A stretch of 63,663 bases of DNA, counting the filler, from Hyphochytrium catenoides (lineage: Eukaryota > Protista > Hyphochytriomycota): assembly GCA_900088475.1 (NCBI GenBank). It is 6 parts of 6 records of this genome, joined end to end, with 100 filler letters (N's around TTAATTAATTAA, not from the genome) between each part and the next. Parts side by side here need not be neighbours in the genome. Positions count along the whole stretch, not along the records: positions 1 to 18,997 come from FLMG01002318.1; 5 more parts are not named here. The stretch is one strand, 5' to 3'. Shown here piece after piece: positions 1-12,336 of the stretch. The notes beneath the pieces were generated by a model. That model saw only the letters and a list, made by a program, of their open reading frames with translations, made no database searches and was not told the origin of the DNA. Made by a program: the position numbers and the translations under genes. The number at the start of each line of letters is the position of its first letter. Positions within the stretch are counted from its first letter, which is position 1.

Positions 1-1068
1 GGCATTAAGACCCCGAACCCAGCCAGAGCAGCGGTGAGAAAGAGGATGACGAGAACAAAGCACAGAACAGAGAAGAGATGATAAAGATCGAGAGAGAGAG
101 TCTGGGAAAGATGATGGGAAAGAGAGAGAGAGAGAGAGACAGAGAGAGAGAGAGATGGATGGAGAGTGAGGCAATATACAGAGTAAAGGAAACGAGAGGG
201 ACAATTGTGTGTGAGTCTGTTTAAGAGTTACTGGAGTAGGGACCCAGAAGAGAATGGCCCGTAGAGTGACGAAATATCGCGACCGAAAGAGCGTACCACA
301 GAATCATAGGCACACAGAGAGAAAAAGAAGAGAAAGGGAGAAAGAGAGAGAGAGACAGAGACGAAGAGACAGTCAGACAGATAAGCAGGCCGACATGCAG
401 ACAGAAAAACAGACCCGTGAATGGCCTGATCAGCTGATGGAAAAGGAGAGAGAGCAGAAATCTTTCCTCGAGGATTGAATTGAAGAAATGATCTGCAGAA
501 GAATGTATAAGAGAGAGACAGCGGGAACAGGAAAGGAGAGACTCTGGGGAGGTAATATCTCTCTCTGAACCTTTTTCTCTCTTCGTCTCTACTCTCTCTC
601 AGGTGTCTTCTGGCCCACGACCTTCAGGCGGTCAGGCTGCTGAGCCGATGGGAGAGGTAAGGAAATAGTCATTTGCTGGCTTTGATTCCAGTCTCTTCCT
701 CTTCTTCTCTCTCTCTTCTCACCTTTCTCGTCGGTCTCTTGACACCTCTTCATCTCTCCTTCCGTGGAAAGTCCCTCCTTCATTTCCCCTCTGCGTCTGT
801 CGTTTTTTCTCTCCGTATTTTCTCTCTTTTCCTTTCCACTTCTTTTTTTTTCGTTTGGGGCTTGCTATTCACTCTCTTTCTCTCTCTCCCCCTTCCTTTA
901 TTAGGAAGCAAAACTGTTTGTCCGTGAGCATTTGATGCAGCGGAATGTGGAGCTGGAGGTTGAGGACATGGACAGAGGAGGAAACATCTTTGGACCGCTC
1001 TATGTCGGTATGGGAGAGAAGGTGAGAGCAAGGAGACCTATCGTCTGGTTTCGCTTCTTTCCGCTGCG

Positions 1069-1105
<37 letters not shown>

Positions 1106-1578
1106 TTGTTTTAGTTAGTCTCTTGTGTATCGTCTCTCTATTTCTCCTGCTCTTTCGCTCCCACATCCCCCTCTCACTCTCCTCTTTCTTTCTCTCTCTT
1201 TGCTTTCCCTCCCTCTCCTTAGCGTATCAACTTCGCTGTGAAGCTGTTGGAGGCGGGATTGGCGTACGTGGACGAGTACTCAGTGGACCGGACTCGCAGC
1301 GCTCCCGACCTAAGGAGAGCGGAGGAAGAGCCGAAGAAAGAGAAGAAAGGGCTGTGGAAGTTCCATCAGGAGGGAGGAAAGAAGGGACAAGAGAACGGAC
1401 AAGAGTTCAAGTACGGCTCGACCTTCTTCCTTTGCCTACTGATCTTCCTTTCTCTCTCCCTTTCCCTCCATATGGGTTTGTGCTTTCAATCTTTCTTTTC
1501 TTACTTGCCGCTTCAAGGCGCTCCAAGCCTGCCAAGCACTAATTATCACTCGCTCCTCCAAGAGTATTACGTCCCTCC

Positions 1579-1609
<31 letters not shown>

Positions 1610-4367
1610 ACTTTGCCTGCTTCTTATTTAATCTCTAGGGAGCAGATGGTAAAAGTGTCTGTTTCTGAGATTGTTGATGGCTCCCATGTTTACGTGCAAA
1701 TGGTGGGAGACAAGGGCCTGGAGGTATGTCTGAAGATTTGTGAGTGAAGAGAGAGAGAGAGAGAGCAGAGAGATACTCAAAGGTGGAGGAAAGTGGGAGA
1801 ACCAAGTCAAGAGAGAAACCTGACCTAGACACAGGCAGGAGAGAAAGAGAGAGAGTTAAGAGGGAACAAGAAGGCATCTAGAATAAGAGAGTCTATTTTT
1901 TGGTCACTCTGAATGTTGGGCTGTCTATTCCCTGATGCCTCAATTTTGTCTCTCTCTCTCTCTCTCTTCCAACTTCTTCTCTCGTTGTACATCCTTTCTC
2001 TTTCCCTCTCTCTCTCCTTTCCTCTCGGTCCCCACAAAAGAATGTGGAGCAGCGGCTGAAGGAGTTCACTGCTGAGGTTGGGACAAGCGGTGCTCCCTTT
2101 GAGCCAAAGCGAGGGCTTCAGTGTGCTGGACTCTTTGATGATGGAACTGGGCCGCAGTGGTTCAGAGCCAAGGTAAGAGAGAGAGAGAAAGAAAGGGAAG
2201 TGAGAACTAAACGAGAGACGAACGAGAGAGATAGCTGAAAAAACGAAAGAGTCCGAGGATGAGAGAGCACTCTATGAGAGCGAGGCGAGAGCGCTAGAGA
2301 GAGAGACAAATCAGACGGGGCGGTATGGATGTCAAAAGAAGGAAGGAGTTACAAAGTTCAAAGGGAGATTGACAGAACGACACGAGTCAAAAGCAGGATC
2401 GGGTGAACAACAGAGAGAGAGAAAGAGAGAGAGAGGGAGAGAGAGAGAGAGAGAGAGAGAGCAGCAGCGATGAGAAAAGGAGAGAAGGAAGAAGTGCCGG
2501 ATAAAGAAAGAGGGAGATCTCACGTAACCTTGCTACCACGTCTTGTCTCCTAGGTTGAGGCGCCTAATGTGGGTGAGCATGGACGGTGTCGGGTCCGCTT
2601 CATTGACTATGGAAATGTGGATGTCCTACCTGCGACGAGGTGAGCACCTCCTCTCTCTCTCTCTCTCTCTGTGTCTTTTTCGGGGTCCACTCTCCTTTCT
2701 CTCTTTTACCTTATATCCTCTCTGGCGCTTCAGCTCTCGGGGCTTTCTCTCCTTCTCCGTAATGATCTTTTGTGACTCTTTGTTCTCTTATGCTCTCTCT
2801 CTCTTCTCTCTCTCTGTACTCTCTCGTTTTTAATCCCTCCTTAGCTGTATCTCATGGCTGCATCATACCCATTGGGCCTTGTTTCCTATTCTCAACTGAT
2901 GATACGTTTCTCTCTCCTGCCTACCCATCTTACACTTTCTCTTGTGGCCCTTTGATACATTCATTCACGCTCTCTTCACCGCTCGCTCTTCTTTCGCTCT
3001 CTCTCCCCCTGTACTCTCCTTCGTCACTCCGTTCTTCTGCTCAACTAATTCTTTCCATCCTCTCTCTCTCGCTCTCTCTTCCCCTCCCCGCTCTCTCTTC
3101 TTTCTCTCTTGCGGTTGATCGCTCTCTGGCTGTTGTTGGGGATGCAAATAGACTGCGCCCGTTAGACCCGTCTTTCCTCTCCATCCCTCCTCTGGCGAAA
3201 GAAAGTACTTTCCCTTACATCAAGGTTCCCGGTCTTGAGGAAGACTTTGGAAGAGATGCGGCGATGGCCATCAGTGACATGCTTTATGGCAGGCCAGTGA
3301 CAGCCAAGGTGAGAGATAGAAAAAGAAAGAGACAGGGAGAGGCAGTGGGGAGGGAGAGAGAGAGAGACAGAGAGAAAACAGAGGAAGAAGTTTCGAAAGA
3401 GATAGAGACAAGGAAGCGACGGAGGACACAAAATGGAGAGGGAGAGGGACATAACAATGCAACTCAGCGAAGAAAGGGCGGAGAGCGGCCGAGTTTTACA
3501 AGAGAGAAAGGGAAAGAGAGAAAAGTGAAAAGGAAGCTCCCGATGCTCCACATCCTCTTTCCATTGCTCCCTCTCTCCTCCTTCGTGTCTCAACTCTGTC
3601 TCTCTTGTTCTTTATTTCTCCTTGTCGTTGCTCCTCGCTCTCTCTGTCTCTTCTCCCCTTCTGTGCCGATTCCTCTTTTCGCCTACTTCCTACTAACTGT
3701 TCCTCGTCGACTACCCTGTTATTCCCTTACTTCTCTCCTTCTCTCTCTCTCTTTTCTCTCTCTTCTGGCAGCTCGTTGGCCGTGACTCTGAGGGCCGTCT
3801 CCTCCTCATCCCCTATGAGGAAGGCGCGGACTCTTCAAGTGTCCAAGAGCAGCTGGTGCTCGCAGGACTCGCCAGAGTGCCGAAGGATGTCGCGAAGAAG
3901 GTAGGAACTTTCTCTCTGAGGCTTTACTCCTTCCTTGTCTGAGGGTTCGACAACGCTTCTCCTTCTCAGCTTCGATTACTTTTCTCTCTTCAATTGTTCC
4001 TTTGGTTTCTCGCTTTCTTTTTCTCTCTCTCTTTCTCTGCCTCTCTCTCTTCCCTTCTCAGGTGTTCAGGCTCTCTTCTCTACGTTTATCTTCCCTTTCC
4101 CTCGCAGCTCTAACTTTGTACTTACGCACACACAAACTCTCTCTCCTATCTCGCACTTCTCCATCCCCAAACCCCATCTCTCTCTCTCTCTCTCTTTCTC
4201 TCTGTTTGGCCCAGGCCTCCTCAAACGAGTTCGTGGCCAAGCTCCTGGAGGCGCAGGAGGCTGCAAGAAAGAGTCGCGCTTGCATGTGGCAGTACGGAGA
4301 TGTGGACAGTGACGACGAAGAAGAGCTAGGAGGGAGGAGAAACGCCTGGGGCGCGAAGAAGAAGTAA
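1..4367 (+). CDS. SND1: Tudor staphylococcal nuclease (Tudor-SN), 3' part, multi-exon; 5' end lies outside the window
   Basis: Phase-consistent GT-AG exons: 1-33, 603-656, 905-1021, 1223-1410, 1639-1723, 2041-2172, 2554-2639, 3152-3308, 3772-3900, 4215-4367. The translation gives SN4-type LMQRNVELEVEDMDRGGNIFG and LLEAGLA, a Tudor domain (QWFRAKV...VRFIDYGN), and C-terminal AQEAARKSRACMWQYGD. Confidence 0.93.
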
Positions 4368-5611
4368 GATTGGGAGCAGAGAAAGAGAGAGGAAGCCAGG
4401 AAGAAAGAGCTCAAGCGAAGAGAAAGTGTGAGAGACAAATTAAGTTCAAGGGCTGTGGATAAAGCCTGATGAAAGGCTCTGAGTAATAGTGCTGCTGAAG
4501 ACGATGTATTCGGAGTTTCTCTATTCTCTCTCTCTCTCTCTTTCTTTGTATCTCGCGGCTTCTTCAGTTCGGCCTCTCTTTGGTCATCACTCTTCCTCTC
4601 AGCAAGTTGTGGAGAATTTGCGTTGTGGATAGTTTGCTCCGTACTAAAAGAGAGAGAGAGCGAGCGAGCGAGGTGATGAGGTGAAAAACTGGAAGTAACG
4701 TAAGAGGGAAAGAGTGTACGAGAGAGAGAGAAAGAGAGAGAGAGACAGCAACCGAGAGCAGTACGACACAAGGAATAAGGGTCATTCATTTACATCAAAA
4801 CCTCATAAAACAAGCAATAAATAAAAATATACTACGGGTAGAAACTTTTAGAAACTGTTAACTGTGATAATACCTTAATTTTTATTTTCGGTTTTTTGTG
4901 GTTGTTCTTGTTCAAAAAGTCATGCTTATTGCTTATTGCCAAAGAGATTTGTGCGTAAACTGGGATGGAATAAAAAAAACAGAATAAGAAAGTCAATAAA
5001 TGGCCGAAAGTGCAGGACCAGAGATGATGGAGGATGTAGAACTAACAACCAGGAGCCCCTGTCTTTTCCCATCCCATTCTGTCTCTCTCTCGCCTTTCTT
5101 TCTCTGTTTCTCTCCTCTTCGCTCTCCTCTCAACTGCTTTCTCTTCGTCTCTGTTATCTCATCCTTACCTGCGTCATCTTCCCCGCTGTGTCTGTCCGCA
5201 CACTTCTTTTCTTTCTCTCTTCCCCTGTCTCTCTCTTCCACAGAAGAGAGACCGTTATCTTCCTTCTTCTATTGCTTGTGGCTCAATGACTCTGTGTCCC
5301 AGTACCAGCAAGGAGTTGTCTCTCCTGGTGCCGTCCTCTTTCTCTCTCTCTCCTTTCCTTCCTCTTTGCCCATCTCACTTTCTCGCAGGCTGAACGCTTA
5401 ACGACTTCATAGAAGATGATGAGAAGATGTGGTCTGCGAGAGTTGTTCCTGCACTTGATAATAAACCAGCAAGGCTTCACTTGGCAGGCACCAGCCGCGC
5501 CGAACTCGTTACTTTTCCCGCTCGCACAACCGGCAAACTTTTGTCGTCCTTCTCCTTTTTCTTTCTCTGTCTCTTCTTCCCTTTCCAGTCTAAAGCCTCC
5601 TCGGTAAGACT

Positions 5612-7809
5612 ATGACCTGTCCCATGATGAGCCAAGACGAGAAGAGAGCTCCTGCTTGCCTTCTGTCTCCTCTTCCCTCCTCGCCGGAGGTCCTACTTCC
5701 TCCTGAATCATGCTGCTTGAGGAGAGTAGGAGCTATCAGGTCTTCTGTCTTTCTCCGCATTGCCTTGCTTGGCCTCGTGCTCTTTCTCGGGGATGCCCAC
5801 GCAGCGGAGAAGAGAGACGTTGTTCCCGATTACGGCGTGAGAAGAACTCTCTCTTCTTTTCAGGTTCCCGCAAGCTCCAACCCTTCTTCTCCAATAAGCG
5901 AGAAAGAGAATGAAGGAGACTCGAACGCTTGTCCCCTCGATTCTGTGTGCTATACGCTTAGGATTACTAAAGGGAGAGTCTCTCCAGCAGGCTCCGCCCT
6001 GTCTCGGGATGGAATCCTCGTCAATGGACAATATCCAGCACCAACCTTGCGCGCTAGAGTGGGACAAACTCTAAGAGTTCTGCTAGTAAACGACCACGAG
6101 ACGCCCATCTCCATCCATTGGCATGGGATAGACCAAGGAGACTCCCCTTATGCTGACGGCGCCACAATGCTCTCGCAGTGCCCTGTAACAGGAAAGAGGG
6201 AAGGGGAAAGAGGCGGAGAGTTTCTTCACGTGATGAAGCTGAAGAAGGCGGGAGAAGTAATCTACCACGGGCACTTCCAACTCACAGGTGTAGACCTCGC
6301 GGGTGTGCTCATTGTGGAGGACAGTCCGCTTCACTTCGTTTCAGACCATGCAGAATCGCTCTCTCCTCCTCCTTGCTCCAAGTCTTTTATCCTGGCTAAC
6401 AGGCGAAAGCCCTTCCATGACGACCGTCTTCTCTTTCTCTCTGACTATTGGAATAGAACATCGGCTGAACAGCTCTCGGGCATCAGGTCGGCCAACTTCA
6501 CGTGGATAGGGAACCCTCAGGCCATTCTCATAAACGGCAGATCGCGCCCTCTTGGTCCTCCTCTCTCTCTCCCCATTTCTGAGCCCTCTACTCCCCATGC
6601 TGCCTCCAGTGTTCTCTCTCCTGCCCCATCTCCTCTTTTTCCTGGCAACCAAGATGCCTTCCACTCTGTCATCAGAGTCAATCCGGACATTTCTTACCTT
6701 TACCGGATAGTTCACGGCGGGATGCTCTCTTACCTTTCTCTCTCTGTGGAGGATCACTCTTTCATTGTCTTGCGAGCTGATGGAAGCAAGGTTATTCCCT
6801 ATAAAACGCAGGTACTGGAGATAAACTCAGGTCAGCGTTATGATGTGGTGCTAGAGAGAGAGAAAGACACGGCGCAGAACAAGACGCAGTTCTGGATCCG
6901 TGCGCAAACCCTTTGGAGAAAAGGAGACGTTATCTCTTGGGCCCTGTTGAGATATGAGAAGGGGGAGAGAGAAGAGCCCGCAAGAAAGAAGAGGACATGG
7001 AGGAAACGGACACAATAGATCCACCTGCGTATCTATGGATGAAAGGAAGGATAAACGAGACAACGCCCGGAAATGGAGAGCGAACTCTCTCCTTTCTTTG
7101 GCGAGGAAGAGAAGAGAGAAGAGATTCCTCCTGCTGACCTTGAGATTGTTCTCACTGGCACTCAAGCGAAGAATAATATGACGGGACATATGACCTGGAA
7201 CACGGCTGGTCGCCCCCGTAGGCCTCCTGCTCACTTTCCTCTCCTTCACTACGCCTATGCTATGGAGAAAATGGAGAAGAAGAGGCGGAACTGTGGTTAA
7301 AGAGAGAGATTCCTAGAGAAGAAGAGAGGCCTGCTATCTTCAGAAGAGGCCAGGTCGTGCAGTTTGTCATGCAGAACACGGCAACCCTGGGAGGTGTCTG
7401 CGAACAGCATCCACATCATCTTCATCTAGGAGATTTCTCTGTGGTTGGACGGGGAGAAGGCTCCTACAAGCCTGGCTCTCTCTGTCTCTCTTCTCCGTCC
7501 AAATCTCTCTCTCTTCTCCGAGACACCGCTACGGTCTTTCCTTCCTCCCTCGTCCACACTGGGCTGCAGTCAGGAGAGCATTGTGGGTGGTTAGCCATAA
7601 GAGCAGAGATGAAGAACCTTGGCGCTTCTGTTCTTCACTGTCACATCCACGCGCACATGAGCATGGGGATGGCGTTTTTCTACCTTGTTCTTCCAGAAGC
7701 AAGCAGCGACTCCCTTTCCGTCTCTCTCCTTCCGCCGTTGCCTGATGATGAAAAACAAGTCAGTCTGGGCAATTGCACTGAGAGACTTGCCATGCCTGTC
7801 CATGAGTAA
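5612..7809 (+). pseudogene. Multicopper oxidase (L-ascorbate oxidase/laccase-like), intronless, with three frameshifts (pseudogene or sequence error)
   Basis: All four Cu-binding motifs are present: IHWHG, YHGH, HPHHLHLG, HCHIHAHMSMGM. There is an N-terminal hydrophobic segment. The domains are spread over frames 5612-~6960, ~6961-7071, 7073-~7270 and ~7261-7809, with no plausible intron between them. Confidence 0.85.
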
Positions 7810-8378
7810 TAGCACAGGGAGAGAGAGGGAGAGAGAGAGAGAGAGAGAGAGAAAGGCCTTGATGTTTTTGCTCCCGCCATTTCTATTCTTCTCTCAGTAC
7901 AAAGTCAAAGGCTCTTTTTTTCCTCCCTTTGCTTTTCGCCGCATAGCTTCCCCGTTCTTTGCTTTCCAGGGCTTGTCAGACAGAGGATATTCTCTCTTTC
8001 TTTTCGGCGATGATGCCTCTTCAATGTAAAGGCCATAAAGTCTCTTTGAGCTGGCCACTAGATTTCTCCAGACTTCTTTGTTTGAAACATGCTTCCCTCT
8101 ATCTGTCTTGTCCCAAAATAAGGTTGCCAGTCTTCCCGCTGAAGTCTTTCTACGATATTGCCTATGAAGCGCAGAGAGACAAAGAGATAACTGGACAAGA
8201 AGCCGTTTTCCCTAGATAAAGATGTGATATGTATTGTACAAGATTGTTCCCTCTTCGGTCGCCTCCCGTCTCTTTTCTTTGGGCACACACAGACCTCTTT
8301 CTCTTGCTTCCAGCTCTCCCAACCCTTGCAAGAGACACAGATGATTTTCTCAATCTCTCTCGTTCCTCTTCCCTCCGC

Positions 8379-9552
8379 TCATATAATCGTTAAGTCGCAG
8401 CTGTCTATCGCTGAATAGTACTCGCGCATCTTTTGGAGGGTCTTCTCCTGCTCCTCTTTATCTACACCCACTGGTCGTCTTTTGCCATCGCCTCCACTGC
8501 TTCTCCTAGCGTTACCCCTTTCTTTTTTGGGAGAAAGGAGACTGTGGCCCCTCCCCTCTCCTTTCTTTTCGATGCTGTCTCTTTTCTGTCCTTTATGATC
8601 TTCCTTTGACTCTTCGCCAATACGGATGGAGGACATGACTGAGTCCTTGGTCTCCACGTCCTCTTCCGTCTCCGGACCCTGCACGGTCTGAAAGGCGATG
8701 GAATAAACTGATTAGAGAAGGTATCAGGCTACTAAGGCTACAAAATCTTGAAGAAGCAGCTGACTTCCGCAAAAAGAAAACATAATAGATGTAAGGATCA
8801 ACTGTACGCACATGAAACAAAGAGACACGAAGTTGAGTGAGGCAGAAGATAGGTAAGACTGTAAAAGAGCTAAAGCACGGTAGCGGGCATAGGATGTGTG
8901 AGACTGTACAACGCAAAGACCGAAAGATGAGCAGAAAGTTAACACAACTATTCCCACACACCAGAGAAGCAATGGATGACGAAACGAACATGCAGGACAA
9001 AGGTAGTAGAAAGTTTTCAGGGAAAATGGAGTTGAGTAAGAGGAGTGGCGACAGCTGTGCATGCTCTAATTGGCGCTACCTTGGGCTTCTTCGGCTGCGA
9101 GCTAATCCGCCGACTCTTTGCTGAGGATGAGGATGAAGGTACGGCCGGTGAAATGGGTGAAAGAGCAGGTGAAAGTGGAGGAAGTGGACTGGATTCTGGA
9201 GCGAGAGAAGCTTTCTTCCTTGTTGTCCGTCGAGAAGGCAGCTTTTGCTCTCGGCTGCTCNNNNNNNNNNNNNNNNNNNNNNNNNNNNNNNNNNNNNNNN
9301 NNNNNNNNNNNNNNNNNGACTTGAAGAAGATCTGGCTTTCTTGGTCACGGCGTGGGGTTGAGAGGCACCTGCCCCCTGCGGTTGGGGGTTGGAAACGGCA
9401 GGAGATGCATTTTCTTTGTCTACAAAGTCGTCTATGAAGGGAAAGGAGCGTCCAGCCTTCATCTCAACGTCAGAAGTGAGCCGGGCACTTCTTCTTGGCA
9501 TTGGAGCCTGAGCTTTGTGCTGCTTGCCAGCCCTTTTCTTAGGCTTGGCCAT
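8379..9552 (-). CDS. Candidate Sororin-like protein (KEN box, SP-rich middle, Sororin-type C-terminus), 2 exons, N gap inside exon 1
   Basis: Exon 1 is 9552-9080 (GT at 9079) and exon 2 is 8687-8379 (after tttcag), phase 0. It has RRSARL...DKEN at the N-terminus and ESSPLPPLSPALSPISP after the gap, and ends EKTLQKMREYYSAIDSCDLTII*. Confidence 0.55.
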
Positions 9553-10010
9553 CTTGAGGTCTCCCCTCTAACTCAGAACTGCCTCTATTAAAGGCCACCC
9601 AGTCGCCAATCCCCACAATAGATATCTCCAGAGAAGAAGAGAACACCTAACCGCAGCTCATCTCGCAGTATGGCGCTCAATGCGTTCCCTCTGAGGCGCT
9701 TCCTCAAGGTCTTTCCAAGATGAAGCCCAATGCTCAACTTTACAACGAGAGCTCGCTGAGATTGTAGATCTTTCCCAGGCTCGAAGAACTAAACGCTGCA
9801 GCCTAGTAATAGCTCTATGAGATCAATAATCTGAAGTTAGCCGTGCCCAGAGCTTATCAGGTCTGGATTGCAGATGCAGACTGGGAATGAATATTCGAAG
9901 CTTCTCACAGTCCGCGAGCTTCTTTCGCAGCGGCGCTCGAGAATCAAGCGAGAACTATCGTCAAACCGAAATGGCGGNNNNNNNNNNTCTTTCTCTCTCT
10001 CTTTTCTCTT

Positions 10011-10050
<40 letters not shown>

Positions 10051-10438
10051 ACTCTCTCACTTCTTTAGCGATCGCTTTGTCTTGCTCTTCTCTTCTCTTC
10101 CTCTCTCTTTTTCTCCCCATCGCTCTTTGCTTCGAAGGTCTCCGGTGCTTGCATGGGTGCCTTCTCAATCAGTACTCTTCTCTTCTTGGTCAACTGTGTG
10201 TTGTCTCAGTTCTCTGTCTCCCTCGCTGCCGGTTTTGTCTTCCCATTCTTATATCTCTAGCATTCCCTTATTACAAAGCGTGCAGCCCTTTCTTCTGTTA
10301 CTCTCCTTTACCAAACAGTTTGGATTTTGAATTTATCCCCATCACCACAAACGGCTAGTTATCACTCTCTGCAAATCATTTACAAGTATTATTACTGCAC
10401 TTGATAAAGCCGATAAACACAATCTAGATTTATCGTGC

Positions 10439-10510
10439 GGCGCTTTGGTCTAGGGGTATGATACTCGCTTAGGGTGCGAGTGGTCCCGGGTTCGATTCCC
10501 GGAAGCGCCC
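10439..10510 (+). tRNA. tRNA-Pro(AGG)
   Basis: 72 nt. Acceptor stem GGCGCTT/AAGCGCC, D-arm TGGTCTAGGGGTATGA, anticodon arm CTCGC-TTAGGGT-GCGAG, T-loop GGTTCGATTCC. Followed by a T-run Pol III terminator. Confidence 0.97.
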
Positions 10511-12264
10511 GAAACTTTTTCTTTTTTCTTCTGACAAAAACTGCTCTTCTGCGGTTTTGTTACGGTTCTGTTCTGTGCTATCACAGTCATCATTCTCCAA
10601 GTCCGTGTCCTCCCCACCGTCATATCATACCTGTAGAACTACTCCTCCTTCATTGACCAGTTTTTATAAGAATCAAAGAAGTACTACAAATCTCTACACT
10701 ACCATCCTAGGAATAAACCTACCACTAGTTCTTACGCTTTCTTGAAGCCGATTACTGAACACTCATCCTTGTTGATCATGATCCGCTATCTGGAAAGCAG
10801 TGTACTAATAATGTTACCACTACTACTACTTTTATTTACTCCCTTAATTTCTACTGTCTTCTTCTATTACCTACTACCACTCATGGATGATGCAGCATGA
10901 GGAACTTTTTTGGTTCTTCTTTGATGTCAGTCCGTCAAGAACAAAGAAGAAGAAGAACAACCAACGTCGTCAACCAACAACAACAAAAAAGAAGAAGAAG
11001 AACAACAACAAGAGGGTCAGCCAGCAGCAGTCAGCAGTCGGTAAATAATCCTAATAATAATAAGCCTTCTATGACAACTTATAGTATACGGCTTGTGTTA
11101 AATTTCTTCTTATGCTTGCTGTTTCTTTGCTGATGATCTGGTGTGGCCACGAATGAAGGCATGGTGCAAGAAATTGGCACAGGACAGGGTTCACAACAAA
11201 GTCCCGACGAAGACGGCCAGCTGTGTCTCAACGACGGATTACCCTGCAACACACCATCTATTCTCTTAAATTTCTCCTACGCATCATCGTCAGAGACCAT
11301 AGTACAAGGGGGTTAATAACTATTCCTCTTTTTCTGGTCTGTTACTCTTCTGACTCCAACCTCCTCTTCGTAGAGTGCCTACAGCGGCTTACGATTGGGA
11401 GTGATGATGATTGTCTTTATAATAATAGGAACGGCAAAAATAACTAATAAAGCAAAGTAGCGGGTCACAGGCAACTGGATGGTGCCTAGCTTCTGGAAAT
11501 TAATAAAAGAGTAATAGCTTTCTTCCTTGGCGTCCTCTTCGGGTCCGCCGCGTTCTTTATTTTAGTTTCAAACCCTTGAAGAAGAATGGATAAAGCGGTC
11601 GCGGGTAAGAGGTGGTCTATGACTTGTTGGTCGCGGCAATAGCTGAAGCATCAGCAGTAGGGAATATACATAGCTCAAGTACTTTTTATAGATAGTACGA
11701 CGGGTAGGTAAGTTATTTTCGGACTTCTTTTTGTCGACCGCCTGATCAATTGTAGTTGCAAGCCATTGCCCTTATTGTTGTTGTCACTGTCCTGGCTGCT
11801 GATGGTGGTTCAAGGTCCCCTTATTATAATTTAATAGTACCGGAGGGCTAGTTATGGTTACTCCTCTAGGAGGAAAAGAGGACTAGAGTATGAACATTAA
11901 TGGTCGTCACTAAGAGAACTGCCGAGCAAGAACGACGACTGCTGGGACTAACCCCACAGTTTATCACTATCTCCTCCGCCGCCGCATCCTCGACGAGGAG
12001 AGGGGTTGTTGTCCTCGTCAGTCCCCCAGCCTCCTATCATTGATGCATTCTTAACGAAGATTTATAAGAAGAGAAGCAATAGCAACTTGATGATGAAGAA
12101 CTATTAACCAAAGAAAAAAGAAGCCTCAGGACAGCGGTGACCATAGAGTAGTAATAACTGACAGCAGGTCTTCAAGAAGAACTCTTGGAAAACGCCGTTG
12201 TGAACTTGAAGGCATCTTACCCTGCAATATTATAGAACCTTTTGAGGTTTGCCGCCAACTTAGT

Positions 12265-12336
12265 GGCGCTTTGGTCTAGGGGTATGATACTCGCTTAGGG
12301 TGCGAGTGGTCCCGGGTTCGATTCCCGGAAGCGCCC
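12265..12336 (+). tRNA. tRNA-Pro(AGG), identical second copy
   Basis: Sequence identical to 10439-10510; followed by aaaacttttt. Confidence 0.97.
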
